Numbered from the stretch's first letter, positions 1-12,553 are shown. The stretch: 64,000 nt of DNA from Octopus sinensis (GCF_006345805.1 NC_043010.1:10416001-10480000), one strand, 5' to 3'. Notes: a model not told the origin generated them from the letters alone. Program-made: numbers and translations.

Positions 1-417
1 GTAAATTTTTTTTAAATCGTTGACTCATCGTAGACATTTTTAGAGAGTTACTTCCCTTATATAAAAGCGAAAAAAATGCATTAAAATGGAAAAAAATGAT
101 GGTAAATTATTTTTAAAATCGTAGACTCATCGTAGACGTGTGCTAATACCCAGAAGGGCTCGATATGAATCACGACTATAAGATACCTGGTTTTGGTTAA
201 ACTGCACCGCAAAATGTGGGAGTAGTTAGGAATCTAAATCGAAGGGGACAGACACACAACCTTTCTTTTATATATAAAGATATATTTATTGTATAATGTG
301 GTGCTGATGGAGATAAGGGAATGGGAATTGATGAGCATGTGTGCTCTTTGTAGCATACACATGCTGACAGCCACAGCATTAGGAACAAACGTAGTAACAG
401 CAAGAGCAGCAACAGCA

Positions 418-712
418 GTGGAGGCGCAATGGCCCAATGGTTAGGGTAACGGACTCGTGGTCGGAGGATTGCAGTTTCAATTCCCAGACCGGGTTTTGTG
501 TATGTTTATTGAGCGAAAACACCTAAAGCTTCCACGAGGCTCCGACAGTGGGTAGTGGCGACCCCTGTTGTACTCTTTTGCTCCAACTTTCTCTCACTCT
601 TTCTTCCTGTTTCTTGTCCCTGACTTCCTACACAACCGCTGAGAGCCTGGATGCGCATTCATCCATCCATCGATGCTCTTGGTGTCGGGGGTTGACGTGC
701 TTTCTCTTCTGC
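418..712 (+). mobile_element. tRNA-derived SINE (family D)
   Basis: Head GTGGAGGCGCAATGGCCCAATGGTTAGGG...GTTTCAATTCCC (A/B-box-like), shared with the copy at 5311-5601. Confidence 0.75.
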
Positions 713-864
713 ACACACACACACACACACACAAACATATACATACACACATACACATACATGCTTAAATGAGAAAAGCACATGTAAACATTTCTGTTTG
801 GATGGTTCATAAACATATGAAAAAACTTTCTCTGACTTCCTTCCTACGTCATCATTACTATTGA

Positions 865-1432
865 CCCTTTAGCATTTAGATTACTCTGTGAAATGTTATG
901 CTTGTTTATTTATGCTGTTTTGAATTAATCATGCACTAGAACATATACAGCTGCGTGCGTGCTCACATACGTGCAAGTACTGTCCAAATCTCCGACCAAT
1001 CGCATACAGCTAGCTGGCATTCAATTGGCGTATCATGTTTCGGGTATTTTGATTGAGTTTTGGATAGAAAATTCACAAAAAAGTCACTTCTATTGATTTT
1101 TTAATGGCTTTGCAGGGTGACTGGGGAAATGTAAAGATGTGCACGACCACCCTTGGACGGTTTTGAATGATCATAGAAAGTGCAAGCCCTCTAACTGAAA
1201 AATTCTGGATTTGTATAAAGAACCTGCACGCACACACAAACACACACAGACAGACATTTTGCCGTTTATATATAGAGAGATTATCTTTACAGCTTCAAGA
1301 TTTCGAATAATGTGATTCTTTATTTTTAGAAAAGACATTGTAAGGTAGGTACGAGAGGCCAGATCTGGCTCATTTGAACTTAGAACAGATAGAATATTCG
1401 GGCCAGAAATGGTTGGTTTAAATGCTAAAGGG
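865..1432. mobile_element. piggyBac-type MITE, interrupted by a Helitron-type insert
   Basis: Perfect 14-bp TIR CCCTTTAGCATTTA (865-878) / TAAATGCTAAAGGG (1419-1432), flanked by TTGA and TTAA. Confidence 0.8.
936..1280 (-). mobile_element. Non-autonomous Helitron-type element
   Basis: Minus strand starts A|TCTCTCTATATATAAAC and ends TTCTAG|T, with an imperfect GC-containing hairpin shortly before CTAG and no target duplication. Confidence 0.7.
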
Positions 1433-1449
1433 TTAATAATATTACTCTT

Positions 1450-1555
1450 AGTAGTAGTAGTAGTAATAGTAGTAGTAGTAGTGGTGGTGGTGGCAGCGGC
1501 GACAGCAGCGGTGGTAGTGGCACTGGTGGTTGTAATAGTAGTAGTAGTAGTAGTT

Positions 1556-1617
<62 letters not shown>

Positions 1618-1705
1618 GGTGGTGGTGGTGGTGGAGGTTTTGGCGGCGGCGGCAGCAGCGGCGGTAGGGGCAGTGGTGATTGTAATAGTAGTAGTAGTAG
1701 TAGTT

Positions 1706-1736
<31 letters not shown>

Positions 1737-1772
1737 CAGCGCCAGCAGCAACAGCGGCAGCAGCAGCAGCAT
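1450..1772. repeat. (GTA)n/(GTG)n/(GCA)n compound microsatellite with internal duplication
   Basis: Direct reading; CAGCAGCGGTGG...GTGATTGTAATA-like blocks occur twice. Confidence 0.9.
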
Positions 1773-2214
1773 CAAGAAAATTTTACTTTAGTCAACAATA
1801 ACCAATGTTCAGGAAAATAATGAATTTAATGATGACAACGACGAAGATGAAGATGATGATGATGACAATGACTAAGATGATAACAACGGTGATGCTGACA
1901 TTAATGAAGGTCAAATAATAGCAAAAAGAATTCCACTAAACGATAACAATTGGCATGTTATTGAAGCTGTTCAAAATAATCTTAAGTGCTGCCACCTTCT
2001 TTGCAATATTGTGTTTACAGAGTTTCATATTATTTTCTCGTCCAGTTTTTTTGTTGTTGTATTTTTTTAGTTTACCGGTCATATTATCAAGATCTATTTA
2101 TATCTTCGAGATGAGATGACTCTAAAGGGGGGAGGGGAGTGGGGAGGGAATGTTTTGACAAATTTTCTTGAGAACAACATGAAAACAACTCATAATATAG
2201 CATAGATTACCACA

Positions 2215-2620
2215 CACACACATACATACATGCATTATATACATCTTTCTGTTTCTACATTTATCAAGGTATATGTATGTATATATGTGTATGTGTGTAT
2301 GCGTATGTGTATATATATATATATACATATATATATGTATATATGTATGTATATATATGTGTGTGTATGCATGTATGTATGCATGTATGTATGTATGTAT
2401 GTATGTATGCATGTATGTATGTATGTATGCATGTATGTATGCATGCATGTATGTATGCATGCATGTATGTATGTATGTATGTATGTGTGTCTGTATGCAT
2501 GTATGTATGTATGTATGCATGTATGTATGTATGTATGTATGTATGTATGTATGTATGTATGTATGTATGTATGTATATATACGTATGCATGTATGTATGT
2601 ATGTATGCATGCATGTATGT
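2215..2620. repeat. (ATGT)n/(AT)n microsatellite
   Basis: Direct reading. Confidence 0.95.
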
Positions 2621-2970
2621 TTATACTCATGTGCACCCATGGAAGCCATTAAATATGGCTGAACTAACCAAACAAATTTCTGGATCAATCTCGACCTGTT
2701 TGCATTTGGTATCCAGACAAATCTGTGCATGCTGGGAGAAGCAGATCCTCAAAAATATTAATATCGATATTGTTATTGTTGTTGCTGTTGTAATTGTAGT
2801 TGTTATCATCGTGTCTCTTGATAACAACATTTTATTTCAAAGCATTACCAAATAAGATTTTGTTTATAGTACTTGCAAAAAAAAAAAAAAAAAAAAAAAA
2901 TTACTATGATTAATTACCTAAGAAGCAGGCTGCCCTTGATATTTAGGGATAGAGAACAGAAATAAAAAAA

Positions 2971-3390
2971 AGGCGGTGAGCTGGCAGAATCGGTGGTAAG
3001 CCAGGAGAAATGCTTAGTGGTATTTCATCTGCCGCTACATTCTGAGTTCAAATCCCGCCGAGGTCGACTTTGCCTTTCATCCTTTCGGGGTCGATAAATT
3101 AAGTACCAGTTACGCAATGGGGTCGATATAATCGACTTAATCCATTTGTCTGTCCTTGTTTGTCCTCTCTGTGTTTAGCACCCTGTGGGTAGTAAAGAAA
3201 TAGGTATTTCCTCTGCCGCTACGTTCTGAGTTCAAATTCCGCCGAGGTCGACTTTGCCTTTCATCCTTTCAGGGTCGATAAATTAAGTACCAGTTACGCA
3301 CTGGGGTCGATATAATCGACTTAATCCGTTTGTCTGTCCTTGTTTGTCCCCTTTGTGTTTAGCCCCTTGTGGGTAGTAAAGAAATAAGAA
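2971..3390 (+). mobile_element. tRNA-derived SINE family B with tandemly duplicated body
   Basis: Head GGCGGTGAGCTGGCAGAATCG, B-box GAGTTCAAAT, central CTTTGCCTTTCATCCTTTCGGGGTCGATAAATTAAGTACCAG (resembles a conserved Meta-type SINE domain; from memory). A body of about 180 bp is repeated twice. Confidence 0.85.
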
Positions 3391-3665
3391 ATATAAAAAA
3401 AAAGAGGATTTTTGCTTCACAGATTTTTGAAACTTTATTTACACACATCACATTTTCACATCCAAAATTGCTACCATGCATATGGCTGCATGGTAGCTAA
3501 AGAAACATCACAAAAATATGAAGAACTCAAACAATGATATAGTGAATAACTAATTGAAGGAAATGCTGTGAATGTTCAAGTAATTTGGAAGGCAGTGAGT
3601 GACCGTAACAACAACAATAAAGTAGCAACTCTTGTATTATTCAAAATAGTGGGCTCCATTCATAT

Positions 3666-4408
3666 ACTCTTTTACTCTTTTACTCTTTTACTTGCCTCAA
3701 TCATTTGACTCTGGCCATACTGGGGCACCGCTTTTAGTCGACCAAATCGACCCCAGGACTTATTTTTTGTAAGCCTAGTACTTATGCTATTGGTCTATTT
3801 TGCTGAACCGCTAAGTTATGCGGACATAAACACCAGCATCAATTGTCAAGTGATGTTGAGGGGACAAACATATACACACACATATATATATATGTATACA
3901 TATATACAACGGGCTTCTTTCAGTTTCTTTGGTTGGCTCGAGGCTATATTAGAAGACACTTGCCCAAGATGCTACGCAGTGGGACTGAACCCAGAACCAT
4001 GTGGTTTGTAAAGTATTTCTTTACTGCCCACAAGGGGCTAAACATAGAGGGGACAAACAAGGACAGACAAACGGATTGAGTCGATGAAATCAACCCCAGT
4101 GCATAACTGGTACTTAATTTATGGACCCCAAAAGGATGAAAGGCAAAGTCGACCTCAGTAGAATTTGAACTCAGAACGTAGCAGCAGATGAAATACCGCT
4201 AAACACTTTGCCCGGCATGCTAACAATTCTGCCAGCTCACCGCCTTTTCTTCTTTCAGTTTCTTTCAGTTCTGTCTACCAAATCCGCTCATGAAGCTTTG
4301 GTTGATCCAAGATAATAGTAGAAGACACTTGCCCAAGGTGTCACACAGTGGTACTGAACCTGGAATCATTTGGTTGGGAAGCAAGCTTCTTACCACACAG
4401 CCACACTT
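3666..4408 (-). mobile_element. SINE cluster: family A copy (3666-4011), family B copy (4012-4245), family A head (4246-4408)
   Basis: Reverse-complement matches to the family A and B sequences seen repeatedly in the window. Confidence 0.8.
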
Positions 4409-4532
4409 AAAATCCACACATCTCTGTTGTCGCAGGACTCTTCAAAGAAATCTTGATGACACAAGCACAGCTAGGTTCAGAATGCAAAAACCATATTTGT
4501 ATTGTGATTGGTAGTAATAGTAAAACTAAGTC

Positions 4533-4760
4533 ACGGTAGTGAGCTGGTAGAACCGTTAGCATATGAGGCAAAATGCTAAGTGGTAGTCCATCTTTAGTTT
4601 CTGAATTCAAATTCTACCACAATCAACACTTTGTCTTTTATCCTTTCAGGATCATTAAATGAGTACCAGTTCAGCCCTGGGGTCGATTTGCTCGTCTAAA
4701 GGTCGCGCTCCAGCATGGCCACAGTCAAATGACTGAAACAAGTAAAAGAGTAAAGAGTAA
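4533..4760 (+). mobile_element. Chimeric SINE: family B head joined to family A tail
   Basis: GAGCTGGTAGAACCGTTAGC...GAGTACCAGT, then GGGGTCGATTTGCTCG...CAGCATGGCCACAGTCAAATGACTGAAACAAGTAAAAGAG. Confidence 0.7.
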
Positions 4761-5223
4761 GCAAATATTCTGCTCAATACCACAGATTTGCTTGTCGGTT
4801 GTTTGACCTTAACCAGTAGAGCATGTCCCTTAGTGGCTGACGATATGTGCATCTCTGATCACGAGCAGTTATCCTTCCCAACGAAATTACTGGTCTTGTT
4901 CCAAAACTTGAAACAAATATAAAAATTAAATCATTATTCTGAACTTTAAAAAAAAAACAATGAATATCTCAAGATGTTGATGTTTTCAGTACTAAATATC
5001 ACAAAAAAAAAGAAAAAAAGAAAAAAGAAAGAATCAGTGCATGCTCATGTATTTTGTTTAACTTGAGCAAAACTGGAGAAATGGTGAAGTAAACAAGATC
5101 ATGGCATACTCATCTCAACTAGTCAGCAATGGCTCAGGTTTTATTGCTTTAAATATACCTTGTTTTAATTAGTGTGTGTTTGACTGTTCTTTCTTTATTT
5201 CCATGCAGATACACATGTGTGTC

Positions 5224-5271
<48 letters not shown>

Positions 5272-5310
5272 CACACACACAAGTATATATATATATTCTT
5301 TTTTTTTTTT

Positions 5311-5597
5311 TCTGACCAGGCTATCAGATGTAGTTACACATCGCTGGTCACAATGCGTTCGCATCGTTTTAGCCTTCGAATGACGCCACCCCGCTGGCTA
5401 AGCGAGCAGGCCAACAGAGGAAAGAGTGTGAGAAAGAGTGGTGAAAGAGTACAGCAGGGATCACCACCCCTTGCTGGAGCCACGTGGAGCTTTTAGGTGT
5501 TTTCACTCAATATACACACACAACGCCCGGTCTGGGAATCGAAACCGCGATCCTACGACCGCGAGTCCGGTGCCTTAACCACTGGGCCATTGCGCCT

Positions 5598-5601
<4 letters not shown>
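5311..5601 (-). mobile_element. tRNA-derived SINE (family D)
   Basis: Reverse complement of the 418 head with a different 3' part; that 3' part recurs at 26370-26480. Confidence 0.75.
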
Positions 5602-5664
<63 letters not shown>

Positions 5665-5944
5665 CATACACAACATATATGTCTGTATATGTGTGTATGT
5701 ACATATATATATATATATGTATATACCTGTGTGCATGCTTGTGCACCTTTAAAACTCTTAGCACATCCTTTCATACATTGTATAATATCTCTAAAAATGT
5801 CTTTTGTAATATGTAAACATGTTTTCTCAGTCTGCATTATTCCTTTTTTTCTTTTCTTTCATGAAGCCTAGCGAAAGTCTCATATTTTCCTTTTTTTTTT
5901 GTTTTTTTGTTTTGTATTTCTTCAAGCTTTTGTCACTAATAAAG

Positions 5945-5965
5945 ATCATTATCATCATCATCATC

Positions 5966-5997
<32 letters not shown>

Positions 5998-6279
5998 CAC
6001 CATCATCATCGTCATCACCATCATCATCGTCATCATCATCATCACCATCATCACCATCATCATCGTCATCATCATCATCATCACCATCATCATCGTCATC
6101 ATCATCATCATCATCATCATCACCATCATCATCATTATCACCATCATCATCGTCATCATCATCATCATCATCATCATCATCACCATCATCATCGTCATCG
6201 TCATCATCATCATCGTCATCATCATCGCCATCATCATCGTCATCATCATCATCATCATCATCGTCATCGTCATCATCAC

Positions 6280-6323
<44 letters not shown>

Positions 6324-6365
6324 ACATCATCATCATCATCATCATCATCATCACCATCATCATCC

Positions 6366-6398
<33 letters not shown>

Positions 6399-6445
6399 CC
6401 ACCATCATCATCATCACCATCATTATCGTCATCGTCATCAGCATT
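5945..6445. repeat. (CAT)n microsatellite
   Basis: Direct reading. Confidence 0.95.
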
Positions 6446-6665
6446 ATCATTCAGTCGTCATATTGATTTGCTAGAAGATAACTCTCACCGTCAGTGAATG
6501 AACTTCTGACTACTACAAATGGAAGACAAGGATCAACAGTAGCTAAATGTTAATGAAGTCAAGATCAGACTAATGATCATGATCCTCATCATGATGACGA
6601 TGATGATGATGACGACGATGACGACGACAATGATGATAATGGGGATGATTGTGGTGGTGGTGGTA

Positions 6666-6905
6666 ATTATAAGCATGCTTTCATTATACTATAGTGTGTA
6701 GCTCTTGGGTTTGCACAGGCTTTTGTTTGAAAGTCGTATTGTTTCTATTGTATCGAAAGTTCTTTACACAATATCCGTGCAGTGCCTCGTAGGGCCAAAT
6801 TTGGTATGTCGTGCGCATATTTGCAAATCCTGAAGTTTTGGCTTATGCATGTGCCTACCTAGTTCTTGAATTATTCCCATGTCACCTATTGTAATAAAGA
6901 TTATT
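6666..6905 (-). mobile_element. Older R4/Dong-type 3' fragment
   Basis: Minus strand gives IFITIGDMGII, then after a frameshift ALRGTARILCKELSIQ* (stop 6747-6745). The 3' motif TGAAAGCATGCTTATA resembles TGAAAGCACGCTATA in the 35641 copy. Confidence 0.7.
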
Positions 6906-7519
6906 TCTGTTTCAGCCCCTTACAAGTGTGATGCTAAGATTGCCAAATCACACTTTACTTTTATTTAAAAATTTGTTTTTTTTGTTTTTAACTTAAAAGT
7001 AGTTTGATGTGTTACAATGTAAACCAGCAAATCAGGTTCGATTGCCTATTACTATTTGATGTATTCTTTATTATGTCACTGCGTAAGAACATTATTATGA
7101 GTTTTAAATATTTAAATACATCAGTGAGTTGGGATTTAGGTTTGGTGTTAATTATATTGACTTGTAAGCAAAATAAAAAAAACACAAAATGTGGTTGTCT
7201 ATATTGTTGGTTGACATTATCCATGATTCACTGTGCAATTGCTGTAGAACAGACATCAATCATGTTGGACATTTATGGTGTGCAGTAAGCAATTCTTACA
7301 CTTTGCTGCATTCAAAAACAGATATACCATTGGACAAAATTTTGTTTTCATACTTTAGAAATAGTCTTAGAATTTATTCTTAATGAAACCAAGGAATAAT
7401 GATAATAATAATAATAATAATAAAAAAGAAACGCTCGTATTTTATTTGGTCTTTAACAGGAAATAACTATCGAAGCTAAAAGAAATTGTATTTGAGAAGC
7501 AAAATGTATCTTAGCATGA

Positions 7520-7569
7520 ATATAATAATAATAACAACAACAACAACAACAATAATGATAATCATAATG

Positions 7570-7630
<61 letters not shown>

Positions 7631-7681
7631 TAATAATAATAATGATAATAATAATAATGATAATAATAATAATAATAATGC

Positions 7682-7716
<35 letters not shown>

Positions 7717-7868
7717 CTAATAATAATAATAATAATAATATAATAATAATAATAATGATACTAATAATAATAATGATGATAATAATGATAATAATAATAA
7801 TGATAATAATTACAATGATAATAATAATAATAATAATAATAATGATAATAATAATAATAATAATAATC
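7520..7868. repeat. (AAT)n microsatellite in the protocadherin intron
   Basis: Direct reading; it begins about 40 bp inside the donor. Confidence 0.95.
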
Positions 7869-7909
7869 ATAGTTTTCACATAGAAATAATGGTTTGTTCT
7901 TGGACTTAC

Positions 7910-10291
7910 CTGTGTAGGTGTTGGCAGCTTTCTGGTTATAGTAGATGTTTTCCAATCATACTGTAATTCCTCTTCAGTGAAAAGCTGACTTCTTGACCTC
8001 ATCAGCTGAATATTTCTATTTCTCATCTCATCTGAATTTCCTGTTATGACAGCAGAATTGTTCGTTTGAGAGATTAAGTGTCTCTTTTCTCTAAAAGACC
8101 GATTTGATGTATCTACTGCAGTCATGTGCAGAGCATTTCTCTTATGACATCTGACAATGCATGCTGTTATAGAAACGACAACAACAACTGATACAATAAC
8201 AGATGCCAAAGTTATTAGTATTACCAAATTAACATGTATTCTGTTATCCAAAAGTATGTGTTTGTCTTTCATCATTTTCAATGTTTTATTGCTAACTATC
8301 AATGTTAAAGATAAATTGGTGGTCGCAGTCAAAACAGGAGTGCCGCTATCTCTGACTGCACACTGTAGTTTATACAAGCCAGCATCATTCTGGTACACTG
8401 TACGAGAGAATGACAACACACCTGTGTATGAATCAATTGTAAACAATCGTTTTTCATTTCCTTTAACTATTTCATATTTGAAAAAAGCATTTCTTGGGCT
8501 ATCTCTGTCAGCAACTTTCAATACTGAGATGTTATTTCTACTGTTTGGATGATAGTAGACATCTAGACTAAATGGGTTAACACTTGGGAAAATGAAATGT
8601 GGAGCATTGTCATTTTCGTCCATGACTTCAACAATAACATTTGCTTTATTACTTAGCGACGGTATTCCATTATCTCTCACCCACACTTGAAATTTGTATA
8701 TATCCTGCCTTTCGCGATCTAGCGACTGTGTTGTGGAAATAAATCCATTATCAGTTATCTTAAAAGGAAGGGATGCATCATTTGAATTTTGCAGAGAAAA
8801 AGTCAGTCGTTTTCCAAGTCCGAGATCTTCATCAGTTGCATTGATGAATCCGACAGGGAAATTAGGTTCCTCGTTTTCATAAGTGAGAAACTTGAATGTA
8901 TTTTTAGTAAACTGAGGCTGTACATCATTGACATCAGTCACTTGGATGGAGAAAGCTCTTTCAGTCTTTTGAGGAGGGAATCCTTTATCAGAGCACACAA
9001 TTACAATTTGGTAATGATCTTCCTTTTCTCGATCAACTGGATTTTTGACTATGATTTTGAATTCTTTAGAATTCATAGTTAAAAGCTGGAATTTATCATG
9101 TTGTAGATTACAACTAACTATGCCATTTTGTCCAATATCATCATCGGTGATCATTACATATGCAATAAAACTGCCAACTTTAGTGTCCTCAGTTATTACA
9201 GCAGTGTTTTCGTCAAGAGCAGAGACAAAGTTGACATCAATTTTTGGTTGGTTATTGCGGTCATTAATAACATTTACTAGAACGAGAGCAATGGAACTTA
9301 AGGGCGGACTTCCTTTGTCAGTTGCTTCAACAAAAAGCATGTAAGTGACTTTTTCATTAAAATCAAATTCATTGCTAAGAAATATCTCCCCAGTTATTTG
9401 ATTTAAAATAAACTGATATTTTGCAACATCTGAAGTTTTGGAACTAAAACGGTAAACTATTTTGCCATTTTTACCTGAGTCCAAATCATTAGCGAATAGA
9501 GTTGTTACAGGAATAGATTTTTGGTGTCTGTTTCTTATGGAGATGTTATAAACATTCTGTGAAAAAATTGGGGAGTTGTCATTTTCATCCGCCACTGCTA
9601 TATATACCGTCAAAACGCTTTGTTTGACGGGTGATCCTCCATCTCTTGCAATAACTTCCAAAACATATCGGTCTTTTGCTTCTCGATCAAGTTTTTCTTC
9701 TAAAATAATTTCTAATTTACTGGTTCCATCAATTCTCTTGGAATATAATAAAGCAAATGGTTCGTCAGAACTCTTTTCAAGTTGATATGTAATCTGAGAA
9801 TTAAGAACACCTACATCTTTGTCTATGGCATTTGGAACTGAAATTTTGGTTCCTCTGCCATCTCTTTCTGAAAACTGGATACTAACTTGTGTTAATGGGA
9901 ATTCTGGTTGATGGTCATTAACATCATCAATGACAATTTTTATTTTTAAAATCTTCATAAAAGTCTTTGCTCGACGGACAGCAATTTTGATTGTTTTGAA
10001 ACATTCTTTGGCATATGAACAAAGAGATTCTGCATCCAATACCTGAGCTGTATAAAGTTTACCGTTTTTAGAAACATTGAATAACTGTTTATCAGCGGCA
10101 CCGCTCTGTTGTATTATGCTAAACCACACCTTATTGCGGTCTTTCATTTGTACATTGTCCAGCAATTTTGTATTTGTCGCAATATTTCCGATATATGTAG
10201 AAGGACTCCTGCCTTCCTCCACATGGTAAACAAGATCTACACAAAGAGTTTTGGTTAGGAATGAGAGTAACACACAAAGTGAAAGCAGCAT
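7910..10291 (-). CDS. PCDH: Protocadherin large coding exon (signal peptide, EC1-EC6, TM, proximal cytoplasmic region); spliced at its 3' end
   Basis: ORF 7562..10318 begins at a GTG; the first ATG is at 10291 (MLLSLCVLLSFLTKTLC signal-like peptide), with an in-frame TGA at 10327-10325. Cadherin motifs: DVNDHQPEF, DENDNSPIF, DVNDVQPQF, DENDNAPHF, LDAE/LDRE/VDRE, DxDxGxNG, DxGxP. C-X5-C (CSYAKEC) in EC1. TM ILITLASVIVSVVVVVSITACIV. Phase-0 donor ACACAG|GTAAGT at 7910/7909. Symbol is family level only; no orthologue assigned. Confidence 0.96.
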
Positions 10292-10385
10292 ATTCTTTTC
10301 TGTTGCAGTTGTAATCACAAAATGTCAAAATGATTCTGAAAGTGTAAAGAAAATAGATGAAAAAAAATAATAATACAAAAAATTT
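10292..10385 (-). other. Splice acceptor and 44-nt 5'UTR part of the protocadherin exon
   Basis: Minus strand reads TTTTTTTTCATCTATTTTCTTTACACTTTCAG|AATCATTTTG: long polypyrimidine tract plus CAG ending at 10336, so the exon would start at 10335. Confidence 0.8.
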
Positions 10386-10591
10386 AATTAGATCAGACTA
10401 TGCGTGTTTTTTTAAGAGCATTATTTGAAAAATGTCATATATATCTTGCTCCTACCCTCTTTTTCTATCTTTCTCTCCCTCTCTCCCTCTCTCACTCTTC
10501 TCACACACACACATTATACACACATACATATACATATACATACATATTTATGTATGAATATGTGCAAATATGCAAATATATACACATATAT

Positions 10592-10630
<39 letters not shown>

Positions 10631-10706
10631 TACTTACACATATAACTGCGTATATATAGATGTATGTATATATAAACACATATATATGTGTGTATTTGTA
10701 TCTATG

Positions 10707-10742
<36 letters not shown>

Positions 10743-10804
10743 ATATATATCTATATATATATATATTATATATATATATATGTATATATATATGTATATA
10801 TATA

Positions 10805-10861
<57 letters not shown>

Positions 10862-12409
10862 ATATATAGATACATACATACATGAATATATATGTGTATT
10901 ATATAAAATAATGAAACAATAACATTTCGAAATTAAATTTATTATTTTTTTCTGAAATATTTCTTTTTGTAAAGTATCTGAAAAGTAATAAATATAAGCA
11001 TGCTTCAGCAAATTTGAAAATACTCTTAAAAATATGATTTTCCAAGGGAAAAATTTTAAACTATAGATTTTCTTACTAACGTCTTTTATGTGACTCCATT
11101 GAACTCTAATTGAATTCTCATTGCATCAGATTACATTAATGATAGCTATTGCTTTCTCTGTGTCATGTTAATGTGGACATTCTAACTAATACAACCCTGC
11201 ATAGAAACATTAAATATCGAACTAGATCATAACAACTGGGTGAGGCACTTCAGATATGTATAGATGTATACATAGATATATATACATGTATGTGATTGCT
11301 CATTTAGATATAGTGGCACTTGCATTCTTTAAACTATATGCTATTCCTTTTTATTTCATTTTTCATTATTTTATTTGTTTTGTTAAATATGCTTTTCACT
11401 AAAGTAAGCAATTATATTTCCTTATCATTTTTTTAATATTTTTATTTCTTTTTTTCCTTTTTTAATTTTTTTTTTTTCCTGGCTTTGGAATTTTGATTAA
11501 AGCCGAAATTATACAAAACATTTACTATATGGATGCAGAAATTTTCAGAGATATCTTATCAGTTTAATCAAAGGGAAAAATGTTCAATTAAGATGAATAT
11601 GCATGTATACATCGGTAAATCAGTAAATCTGTGTACTTATATATATGAACCACTTTATCAGGAAATGTATATATTTATATACAGATCTATGATACGCGCA
11701 TATATACATATGCATTCTTGTGCATGTGTGCTTCAATTAATGCAGCATATACAATTACCAGTATTCATGTATATATATGAATAAATTAATGAAAGTGTGT
11801 AAATGGAAGGGGAATTTTCTTTCATGCTTTTCTCATACTTATATTTCCATCCGCAAACATGCCAAACACACATAAAAAAAATAAAAAAAGAATTACCGTT
11901 AATAACTTTTACACAGAATCTATTCAATAATTTCTCTATAGCAAAAAATGAAAAAAAAAAATGAAAAAAAAAAATAAAAAAAAAATTGGAAAAGATTCCA
12001 ATTAAATGCTAAAAATTTATTTTGAAATACATGAAGAGGGTCAAATCCTTCTGATGAATGTATCAATATGAAACTGCTAATAATAATGGGTAATAATGAG
12101 GAATACATCAATTGTAATTAAAATAGTGGTGACAATGATATTAACAATGAGGAGATTGTTGTAGTTGATGATGGTAATGATGATGATGACAACGATGATG
12201 ATGATGATGGTAATGATGATGTTGATGACGATGACAATGACAGCAATGATGATGATGATGATGATGATGATAGTTGAAGAGGTAGTAGTAGTAGTGAGTT
12301 TAGTGTTGGCAGTAGTAGTGGTGGTGGTGTTGGTGTGGAGGCAGTGATGATGACTATGATAACAATGATGATGTTGGTGATAATGATGGTGTTGATATTC
12401 TTTTCTGCT

Positions 12410-12553
12410 CTATTATATCGACCCCCAGTATGCAACTGGTACTTAATTTACTGACCACGAAAGGTTCAAAGGCAAAGTTTGACCTCTGCTGAATTTGAAC
12501 TCAGAATGTAAAGACAGATGAAATCCCGCTAAGCATTTCACCTGGCGTGCTAA
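12410..12553 (-). mobile_element. SINE family B fragment
   Basis: ACTGGTACTTAATTT...GGCAAAGTTTGACCTC...GAATTTGAACTCAGAA. Confidence 0.7.

Noticed and set aside
1-241. Repeat-like segment with the duplicated motif AAATCGT(T/A)GACTCATCGTAGAC
   Set aside because: Probably a transposon fragment cut by the window edge, but it cannot be classified from the sequence alone.
5899-6474. Poly-histidine ORF
   Set aside because: It is the (CAT)n microsatellite, open in several frames on both strands.
7004-7383. Short ORFs downstream of the protocadherin donor as a possible cytoplasmic exon
   Set aside because: No convincing minus-strand acceptor or protocadherin tail motif.
10292-10318. ORF-track start MITTATEKN
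   Set aside because: The codon at 10318 is GTG; the eukaryotic start is the ATG at 10291, which precedes the signal peptide.
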